Notes under the pieces: model-generated
What the model saw: the letters and a program-made list of their open reading frames with translations, nothing else
Database searches by the model: none
Told to the model about the DNA's origin: nothing
NCBI GenBank assembly: GCA_951406725.2
Contig: OX597818.1
Span: 39,308,001-39,372,000 of the forward strand
DNA: 64,000 nt
DNA from: Octopus vulgaris
Taxonomy: Eukaryota
Reading direction: 5' to 3'
In this document: positions 53,501-64,000 of the stretch, piece after piece
Layout of the letters: every line of letters begins with the position of its first letter
Position numbering within the stretch: position 1 is the first letter of the stretch
Program-made: the position numbers and the translations under genes

Positions 53501-56283
53501 CCATGCTGGAGCACCGCCTTTAATATATATTTAATGTATATTTCCTGTTTGTTTTATTTTAGTGTAACTATTCCTGAGAACACTGCACAAAATGAGATCA
53601 TCCTGACCATGAAAGTGGAAAATGCAATGTCTGCAAACAGTATCATTTGTCAAATACAGAGTGGAGATGAAGGTAAAGAAAAAATACTAATTTAGCCATG
53701 ATGAATCACTAGACACTACACATTATATTCTTTCCTTGTTTCTTTCTGTGTTCCTTTCTGTGTAAGAGCATAGGCTCGAAACGTTAAAAACTTTTTCACT
53801 TCCCGAGTGTTAAACTAATACGTACATCTGTTTGTTGTCTACACCACCTGTCTTCATCTTTTGTTTTTTTGTGAATTCTCCCCTAATTTATCTGGTACTC
53901 TCTCGTAAAAGCCTAATAGCTGGTAGTTGTTATATACAATTAACTTCTAACTGCTGAAGATTGAATTACCATCATCATCATTATCATTATCAGTTTAGCG
54001 TCTACTTTTCCATGCTTGCATGGGTTAGATGGAATTTATTGTGGCAGATTTTCTATGGTTAAATGATCTTCCTTTCACAATTCTCACCTGTTTCTATATA
54101 AGGTAACATTTCTCCATGCTCGGACATGCTTTAGTGGAACATTTGAGGTAAAGGACACTACTTGAGTGATAACAATGCTAGCTTACAACTATTGCTTAAT
54201 GCCAAGACAAAATCTCAGAAAAAACAGGTTTCTTTCAATTTCCATCTCCCAAATCCATTCAGAAGTCTTTGATCAGCTCCAGGCTATAGTAGAAGACACT
54301 TTCCCAAGGTACCATACAGTGAGATTGAATCTGAAACCTTGTGTTTGGAAAGTGAACTTCTTTAACTATACAGCCATACCAGCACCTAACAACTAATAGT
54401 ATATGCCCAATTGTATTTAGAAAGAATTCTCTATAATAGACCTAGGCTTTTTTCTAAATTCTTGTTGATTTCAATCTAATAGCTAAAATACATAATTTTG
54501 TTAGATGTAGCCATTAAAATGACTTCATTTTTAAGCGATGAACATATCTTGTTGCTTAATTGATCTGAGAAAGAATTTCAATATCAGTTCTTCAAAGTTG
54601 AGGTAAAGTCACTCTTTCCTTCAGTAATTCATTGTTGCCCTTCTTGTGGTTGATATCTAACCAATTATTCATCCTCTATTTATACCAAATATTACTCTTT
54701 GATCCTATTAAATTCTCACCAAGCATGCCTTTAGTACAGGAAGCAGGATTCTAAATTTTTTTTTTTTTTTTTTTGGAATGGTGAAGCCCAAAGTAGATGA
54801 AACTATAAATAATGGCATATAAACCTTGGGTTAAAATCCCTTTGAATAGAAAACCCCAAAAATTTTTAACCCCATATTTACATGCTAATATTTATAGCTT
54901 CATCTGGTTCAACTTTCACTATTCCAAAAAAGAATTAAATGTATTTATATTTAAGATGGAATTTGTGTTTTTAAGTGACTTGAGAGCTGCTGTTTCTAAC
55001 AACTGTAATTTTGTAGAAACTCTCCATTGACTAATTGGTAAAGTATAAATGGAATATGTTTATTGCCTTTTGAATTTTATATTTTTTCTTTTTTTTTTTT
55101 TTTCATTTCCTTCTATTAAATAATTAACTTTACTCAATGATTTACTTTACTGTTTTGCAGGGCTCTTCTCTGTGAAATATAACACAAATTCAGCTTCATG
55201 TGATCTCAGTTTATTGAAAGGAATTGACTATGAAGCTAGAAAGTCTATCTACGATCTAAAGATTATCGTTTACCAATCAACTACGCGGAGACTGTTAGGT
55301 ATGTCTTTTACCATACTGTATTTTGTTACCAATTTCTTATAACATTTGTTACTTATTCTGTAGAAATAATTGGCAAAACCATTAAGGTAATAGTTATAAT
55401 GCTTTGTGTTATATGTTCAGGCTTTCTGCTTTATCAAGTAAGGAATCTCTTATTTCACATGTCATTCAAGGCATGAAGGTAGCCGACAGCTTATTGACAG
55501 GAGAAATGACGGATTTTTTCGGTTTGAACGGCAGATTTTTAAAATAATTTCCATGTAACTAAAAAGTTTTAAACTTCGTATATTGGTAGAATGTGTTTAT
55601 AAAACATCTTTTTCTCTTGGCTTTCTTGAGAAAATTCTATAGTTTATAAGATATTTGTAAGATATTTTCTTCAATTTCGGCAATTTCAACCAATTTCAAC
55701 GGCCACGAACGGATGGTGCTTTTTACGTGCCACCGGCACGAGGCCAGTCGGGCCAGTGCTGGCAACGGCAACGTTCGGATGGTTCTCTTACGTGCCACTG
55801 GCACTGGTATCACAGCTGCAATTTCCATTGGCTGCCTTACATTTTACATGAGTGGCTGCAGTGGTATCAGAATGTATCCTCACAAATAGTTCATAATTTA
55901 ATTATGCTCAACAACTGTTTCGTTAGCTATAAACATCATTATTTTTATACTTACATATGGAAGATAAATAATTCATTTAAAAGCAATGCTTACTTTAGTC
56001 ATTAGACATATCATTTTAATCAGTGACAAAAAGGGAAATAATTGTAAACTCAGATATTTGGACATTTAGCAAAAAATAGAAATTCTTCAAGAATAACCAG
56101 TAATAGCCAAATCATTGTCTTGCAGCATTCCAGACATATCCAACTTCATCTGTGACAGTAAGAGTAACTAATGTCAATGAACACAACCCTGAGTTTGTAA
56201 CTAACCGATATTACCATAATGGCATATACTTTGGACTTCTTGACTCTACAGCTGGAGTAAATACATTTGTTATGTCAATTACT
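48..56283 (+). CDS. Large cadherin-repeat gene (Fat/Dachsous/CDH23-like atypical cadherin), internal part, 29 exons, about 1466 aa, about 14 EC repeats; extends beyond both window ends
   Basis: 29 exons bounded by pyrimidine tract-AG and GT(A/G)A donors splice into one open frame with repeating cadherin signatures (Y.I...F.I...TG.I, A.D.G.P, P.F....Y, A.D.D); exon 28/29 has IDYE and NVNEHNPEF. Orthology cannot be fixed without a search. Confidence 0.93.
530..2455 (-). mobile_element. Decayed, 5'-truncated RTE-like LINE (reverse transcriptase region)
   Basis: Frameshifted minus-strand pieces: [68 protein letters not shown]. Ends approximate. Confidence 0.9.
2041..2232. repeat. 24-bp minisatellite x8 (ACAGTGGCACTATACAGGCACTAC) inside the LINE
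   Basis: Eight tandem units with few substitutions. Confidence 0.92.
3733..3921 (+). CDS. cadherin exon 2 (189 nt, 0/0)
   Basis: ttgcag|TGT...ACT|gtaagt; [63 protein letters not shown]. Confidence 0.92.
4815..5097. repeat. Long near-perfect inverted repeat (about 135-bp arms, about 10-nt loop); palindromic MITE-like
   Basis: The two arms are reverse complements; ORFs 4800..5006(-) and 4906..5196(+) encode near-identical peptides as a by-product. Confidence 0.92.
5486..5701. mobile_element. piggyBac-type MITE family 1 (other copies 18458..18678, 39827..40046, 43365..43582, truncated about 25583..25680, diverged about 32850..33050)
   Basis: TTAA|CCCTTTC(A/G)TTAC...GTAACGAAAGGG|TTAA: TIRs starting CCCT with TTAA duplication; about 220-bp near-identical bodies. 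Confidence 0.85.
6303..6517. mobile_element. Short non-autonomous mariner-like element
   Basis: TA-flanked imperfect TIRs aggtgggtgctgaaaagttcc / ggaactttttaacaccctctcg. Confidence 0.7.
6629..6757 (+). CDS. cadherin exon 3 (129 nt, 0/0)
   Basis: tttcag|GAT...ACA|gtgagt; [43 protein letters not shown]. Confidence 0.92.
7058..7448 (-). mobile_element. Non-autonomous Helitron-like element
   Basis: On the minus strand begins TC (A|TCTATATATATAAAG), ends CTAG|T after a GC-rich imperfect palindrome; sits between A and T with no TSD. Confidence 0.75.
8163..8551 (+). mobile_element. tRNA-derived SINE with 12-bp TSD
   Basis: A box TGGCCCAGTGG, B box GGTTTTGATTCC; ATTATTCTGAAA at 8151..8162 and 8552..8563; related head at about 30156..30300. 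Confidence 0.88.
8823..9164 (-). mobile_element. tRNA-derived SINE with 13-bp TSD (family also at about 38180..38500 -, 51850..52185 -, 56700..57003 +)
   Basis: Minus-strand head gtgaaggcgcatggctcagtggtta; GTTTTTACTCTAT at 8810..8822 and 9165..9177. Confidence 0.85.
9328..9510 (+). CDS. cadherin exon 4 (183 nt, 0/0)
   Basis: ttttag|TTA...AAT|gtaagt; [61 protein letters not shown]. Confidence 0.92.
9600..9860 (-). mobile_element. CR1/L2-group LINE 3' fragment
   Basis: [14 protein letters not shown]...FKVSLD, the typical CR1-group ORF2 C-terminus. Confidence 0.7.
11054..11182 (+). CDS. cadherin exon 5 (129 nt, 0/0)
   Basis: ttccag|AAT...GTA|gtaagt; [43 protein letters not shown]. Confidence 0.87.
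11958..12375 (+). mobile_element. SINE with tandemly duplicated body (family also at about 10700..10912, 16525..16762 -, 18785..18995 -, 25163..25350, 32496..32723, 49910..50050 -)
   Basis: ggcagcgagctggcagaaacgttagc head, gagttcaaattcc B box, core gcctttcatcctttcggggtcgat present twice. Confidence 0.82.
12699..12881 (+). CDS. cadherin exon 6 (183 nt, 0/0)
   Basis: tcttag|ATC...GTG|gtaagt; [61 protein letters not shown]. Confidence 0.92.
13215..13606. mobile_element. Two oppositely oriented pieces of a (GAT)n-tailed SINE-like repeat (family also at about 2745..2965, 27110..27435, 31971..32222, 40448..40765, 42971..43200, 47140..47480, 51108..51640, 52560..52750)
   Basis: (cat)n-cgtttaacgtccg...ccatgctagcatgggttggacgg signature repeated through the window; here on both strands. 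Confidence 0.82.
14723..14873. repeat. Inverted repeat with 57-bp arms and 37-nt spacer
   Basis: atatggctaacccctaagggtggatgctactgtagtttgtagccccagg...cctggggctacaaactacagtagcatccactcttaggggttagccatat. Confidence 0.9.
15092..15223 (+). CDS. cadherin exon 7 (132 nt, 0/0)
   Basis: tttcag|GGT...AGA|gtaagt; [44 protein letters not shown]. Confidence 0.92.
15420..15839 (-). mobile_element. RTE-clade LINE 3' ORF fragment
   Basis: LYGAETW...F.NRCLR.ILKIRW...ISN..L...WKWIG...ALQW.P.G.RKKGRP. Confidence 0.88.
18236..18418 (+). CDS. cadherin exon 8 (183 nt, 0/0)
   Basis: tttcag|ATT...AAC|gtaagc; [61 protein letters not shown]. Confidence 0.92.
19324..19733 (+). mobile_element. tRNA-derived SINE with internal (TA)/(TG) tract (copies at about 36041..36385 -, 41089..41486 -, 46231..46611 -, 3' end only 53460..53521 -)
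   Basis: gagtggctgtgtggtaag A box, ggttcagtcc B box, 3' end ggyggtgctccagcatgrccrcagtcaaatgactgaaacaag followed by taaaagag-type tail. Confidence 0.85.
19893..20015 (+). CDS. cadherin exon 9 (123 nt, 0/0)
   Basis: atatag|GAT...AAT|gtaagt; [41 protein letters not shown]. Confidence 0.9.
20214..21535 (+). mobile_element. Decayed Tc1/mariner-superfamily transposon (rosa/Visitor DD41D-like, tentative)
   Basis: TA-flanked TIRs cagggtggagcagagaggatggac / gtccgtcctctctgcaccaactag; remnants [34 protein letters not shown]; multiple stops and frameshifts. Confidence 0.85.
21898..22080 (+). CDS. cadherin exon 10 (183 nt, 0/0)
   Basis: tgccag|TTT...CTA|gtaaga; [61 protein letters not shown]. Confidence 0.92.
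22066..22225. repeat. 80-bp tandem duplication spanning the exon 10 donor
   Basis: accaattctaacct(a/t)gtaagatatttggc...cacatag at 22066 and 22146, 2 mismatches. Confidence 0.93.
22561..22910. mobile_element. Internally deleted mariner-like element
   Basis: TIR-like ends agggtgaacagaaaagttca..ggctgac / gtcagccaatgaacttttcagacaatcct; internal [14 protein letters not shown] remnant. Confidence 0.65.
23550..24196 (+). mobile_element. Mariner transposase remnant
   Basis: [43 protein letters not shown]...[11 protein letters not shown]. Confidence 0.8.
24333..24461 (+). CDS. cadherin exon 11 (129 nt, 0/0)
   Basis: ttacag|GGC...GTG|gtaagt; [43 protein letters not shown]. Confidence 0.92.
24641..25119 (-). 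mobile_element. About 480-bp non-coding retroposon embedded in (TTA)n; longer copy 48604..49155 (+), 3' fragment about 50100..50186
   Basis: Reverse-complement near-identity between the copies; each is flanked by (TAA)n/(TTA)n. Confidence 0.8.
25355..25575 (-). mobile_element. Dong/R4-like non-LTR RT fragment
   Basis: [10 protein letters not shown]...VNHLFYMDD(D)LKL. Confidence 0.75.
26149..26337 (+). CDS. cadherin exon 12 (189 nt, 0/0)
   Basis: tttcag|CTT...ACG|gtaact; [63 protein letters not shown]. Confidence 0.9.
26467..26627. repeat. Perfect about 60-bp-arm inverted repeat with nested foldback, between (TA)n tracts
   Basis: atgaaaaaacaagtcaaaaatagaaaatgctaagataattttatagtgaatctttca and its exact reverse complement. 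Confidence 0.92.
28685..28810 (+). CDS. cadherin exon 13 (126 nt, 0/0)
   Basis: ctctag|GAT...ACA|gtaagt; [42 protein letters not shown]. Confidence 0.92.
29605..29787 (+). CDS. cadherin exon 14 (183 nt, 0/0)
   Basis: catcag|CTT...ACA|gtaagt; [61 protein letters not shown]. Confidence 0.93.
30504..30635 (+). CDS. cadherin exon 15 (132 nt, 0/0)
   Basis: ctctag|GGT...ACG|gtaatt; [44 protein letters not shown]. Confidence 0.92.
30964..31495. mobile_element. piggyBac-type MITE family 2 interrupted by a CR1-like LINE 3' fragment (about 31000..31310); uninterrupted copy 37600..37818
   Basis: ttaa|ccctttggtgtttaaaccggccatatcc...gctaaaggg|tta; insert encodes [17 protein letters not shown] and ends in (TTA)n. 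Confidence 0.82.
31722..31907 (+). CDS. cadherin exon 16 (186 nt, 0/0)
   Basis: ttttag|ATC...GCG|gtgagt; [62 protein letters not shown]. Confidence 0.92.
33418..33528 (+). CDS. cadherin exon 17 (111 nt, 0/0)
   Basis: ttacag|GGA...CAA|gtaagt; [37 protein letters not shown]. Confidence 0.9.
33547..34810 (+). mobile_element. Full-length decayed mariner (DD34D) transposon
   Basis: TA-flanked about 40-bp TIRs tcaagttgagtaaaaagtaa / ttactttttactcagcctga; motifs [35 protein letters not shown]; stops and frameshifts. Confidence 0.92.
35557..35739 (+). CDS. cadherin exon 18 (183 nt, 0/0)
   Basis: aaacag|ATT...ACT|gtaagc; [61 protein letters not shown]. Confidence 0.92.
38579..38722 (+). CDS. cadherin exon 19 (144 nt, 0/0)
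   Basis: cttcag|GGT...ATA|gtaagt; [48 protein letters not shown]. Confidence 0.93.
39093..39275 (+). CDS. cadherin exon 20 (183 nt, 0/0)
   Basis: tgacag|CTT...GGG|gtaagc; [61 protein letters not shown]. Confidence 0.93.
40889..41002 (+). CDS. cadherin exon 21 (114 nt, 0/0)
   Basis: tttaag|GAT...GAG|gtaagt; [38 protein letters not shown]. Confidence 0.9.
41740..41878 (-). mobile_element. Small LINE RT fragment
   Basis: [16 protein letters not shown] on the minus strand. Confidence 0.55.
42718..42912 (+). CDS. cadherin exon 22 (195 nt, 0/0)
   Basis: ttctag|TTC...TCG|gtaaat; [65 protein letters not shown]. Confidence 0.92.
45511..45627 (+). CDS. cadherin exon 23 (117 nt, 0/0)
   Basis: ctacag|GCA...AAC|gtaagt; [39 protein letters not shown]. 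Confidence 0.9.
46012..46203 (+). CDS. cadherin exon 24 (192 nt, 0/0)
   Basis: ttccag|TTA...AAT|gtaagt; [64 protein letters not shown]. Confidence 0.92.
47846..47977 (+). CDS. cadherin exon 25 (132 nt, 0/0)
   Basis: tttcag|AAT...AAT|gtaagt; [44 protein letters not shown]. Confidence 0.91.
49197..49880 (+). mobile_element. Two Dong/R4-like non-LTR 3' fragments (restriction-like endonuclease C-terminus) in a (TAA)n array; similar scraps at about 11790..11940 (+) and 35830..36015 (-)
   Basis: [13 protein letters not shown]...[17 protein letters not shown]; [28 protein letters not shown]...VVPII.GALG. Confidence 0.8.
50703..50824 (+). CDS. cadherin exon 26 (122 nt, phase 0/2)
   Basis: tttcag|TTC...TAT TT|gtaagt; [40 protein letters not shown](F). 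Confidence 0.88.
52751..52937. repeat. G-rich 17-bp minisatellite x11 (GCGAGGCTGGCAACGGG)
   Basis: Eleven tandem units continuing out of a SINE-like copy. Confidence 0.92.
53563..53672 (+). CDS. cadherin exon 27 (110 nt, phase 2/1)
   Basis: ttttag|T GTA...GAA G|gtaaag; [36 protein letters not shown](G); phases match both neighbours. Confidence 0.9.
55161..55298 (+). CDS. cadherin exon 28 (138 nt, phase 1/1)
   Basis: ttgcag|GG CTC...TTA G|gtatgt; [45 protein letters not shown](A). Confidence 0.9.
56126..56283 (+). CDS. cadherin exon 29 (158 nt, phase 1/0)
   Basis: ttgcag|CA TTC...ACT|gtaagt; [52 protein letters not shown]. Confidence 0.88.
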
Positions 56284-57439
56284 GTAAGTATAAAGTCTCT
56301 TCATTACTGTTTCATTTTTTTGCTTAAGAGCATTGACAACTTTTAATCTCTCTCACACACACACACATACATACATACATTTTTTCTCTCTCTTTCAGAT
56401 TTGTTAAGTTTATTATTTTGCTTTAAGAAATTCAAACAAGGGCAGTAATATCAAACTCCTTCTTTCACCAAAAGCCAACTACATTAGAATAGCTATAGAA
56501 AAGGCCATGATGTTGGCGGTTTCTCAGCATGGCTACAGCTTTTAGTCTGAATCACATAAAAGAAAAAAAGATATACACACACATATATACATACATACAT
56601 ACATACATACATACATAAATACATACATATATGCATGTATGCATACATGCATACATACATACATACATATACATACATATACAAATACATACATACATCG
56701 AACTTACGACCGTCAGGTTATGAGTTTGAATCCCAGACTAGGCTGCATGTTGTGTTCTTGAGCAAGATACTTTATTTCATGTTGCTCCAGTTCACTCAGC
56801 TGTAGAAATGAGTTGCGACATCACTGGTGCCAAGCTGCATCAGCCTTTGCCTTTCCCTTGGAGAACATCAGTGGTGTGAAGAGGAGAGGATGGTACGCAT
56901 GGGCAACTGCTGGCCTTCCATAAACAACCTTGCCCGGACTTGTGCCTTGGAGGGTAACTTTCTAGGTGCAATCCCATGATCATTCATGACCAAAGGGAGT
57001 CTCTGAACATACATACATACATACATACATAAATACATACATGTATGCATGTATGCATACATGCATACATACATACATATACAAATACATACATACATAC
57101 ATACATACATTATACATACATACATGCATGCATGAATACATATGTATATATGTGTGTACATACATACATATATCTACATGAAGATTGTCCACTTGTGAGT
57201 GAGGACCATTAAGAACAGTGTGCACTCAGATAAAATTTATACTTAACAATTGTGATTCTACTGGTGACTATGAAACCCAGCTCTTGATAAACATATAAAT
57301 CTGCAGATATTGCAGACCAAGAAATGACAGATGGTTATGCGCAAACCCTTCTGAAGTTCCAAGTGTTGTGCATACAAAATTTCCTGCAACTCATGTTTTA
57401 GGGGTTCCCAACAATGAAGGCCATGTGATCTCTTCTTAC

Positions 57440-57965
57440 TTCTTTCCACAAAGCCTTTAGAGCTAACTATGCCACCTACACTGAGATCCTGGAAATAGTT
57501 GTTAAGCCCTGGACAGACAGTGTATGAAATGGAAGGCCATATGTGTTTCAGTAAGACTCTGCACTATCACACATGGCTCCAATAACACAGGAATGGATGG
57601 CTGAAAATTTTCATGATCACATAACCTCTAACATTTGGCCTCTTAATTCCCCAGATCCATTGGAGTTTTACATGTGGTGCGTTGTTGAGAAAGGTCAATG
57701 AAATGCCCATAACACCAAAGATTCTTTGAAAGTTGCCATAGTCAGAGTAATATTCAAAATGAACCAGAACCACTTCATTCAAGCATGTAGATGATTTAGA
57801 TCTCATATAGAAGCAATTGCTGAAGCTGAAGGTGGCTTTATTAAATAACATTATAGAAAAGAAGGTTTATTTTTATCCTCATAATATTTTTTGATAAAGT
57901 TATCTGTTATTGTATATCTGTTTTTTATAAACATAAATCTGTCCTCAAATATTTTACGCACCCTG
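57440..57965 (+). mobile_element. Tc1/mariner (maT/DD37D-like, tentative) 3' remnant
   Basis: VFQ.DSA..H, WPLNSPD, W.VVE, HNTKDSLK, EAEGG; ends ttttacgcaccctg|ta. Confidence 0.7.
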
Positions 57966-62850
<4,885 letters not shown>

Positions 62851-62881
62851 ACGTATATATATGTATATATATATATACATG

Positions 62882-62916
<35 letters not shown>

Positions 62917-62927
62917 ATATATACATG

Positions 62928-63006
<79 letters not shown>

Positions 63007-63007
63007 G

Positions 63008-63058
<51 letters not shown>

Positions 63059-63091
63059 ATATGTATATATATACATATATATATATATATG

Positions 63092-63139
<48 letters not shown>

Positions 63140-63143
63140 ATAT

Positions 63144-63193
<50 letters not shown>

Positions 63194-63228
63194 ATATATA
63201 CATATATATGTATATATATACATACATA

Positions 63229-63259
<31 letters not shown>

Positions 63260-63283
63260 ATATATACATATATATGTATATAT

Positions 63284-63327
<44 letters not shown>

Positions 63328-63336
63328 ATATATACA

Positions 63337-63985
<649 letters not shown>

Positions 63986-64000
63986 TACACACACACACAC

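Noticed and set aside
48-56283. Clustered protocadherin array or Dscam-like mutually exclusive exon cluster; naming the gene FAT4 or CDH23
   Set aside because: The exons join serially into one frame and are not parallel alternatives, there are no large single ectodomain exons, and no diagnostic non-cadherin domains are in the window to assign orthology.

Overview
This is AT-rich, microsatellite-dense eukaryotic DNA; its repeat landscape suggests a coleoid cephalopod, probably Octopus (inference). The window is the internal part of one large + strand gene encoding a multi-cadherin-repeat (Fat/Dachsous/CDH23-like) ectodomain. I read 29 GT-AG exons by hand (48..56283, 4398 nt, 1466 codons, open frame throughout, about 14 cadherin repeats). 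No start codon, signal peptide, TM segment or stop lies in the window. Exons 1-25 are all phase 0 and alternate strictly short (111-144 nt) and long (183-195 nt), each pair equal to one repeat length. Canonical Ca2+ motifs are systematically remodelled, with co-ordinated all-or-none loss of the remaining ligands in particular domains. The introns hold tRNA-derived SINEs, TTAA-flanked piggyBac-type MITEs, decayed Tc1/mariner elements, a non-autonomous Helitron, and RTE, CR1-like, Dong/R4-like and Penelope-like retroelement pieces. They also hold several long hairpins, duplicated splice donors and a ~3 kb (TA)n array carrying an uninterrupted LINE RT ORF. No prokaryotic-type system is present. 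Most long ORFs in the supplied track are microsatellite artefacts.
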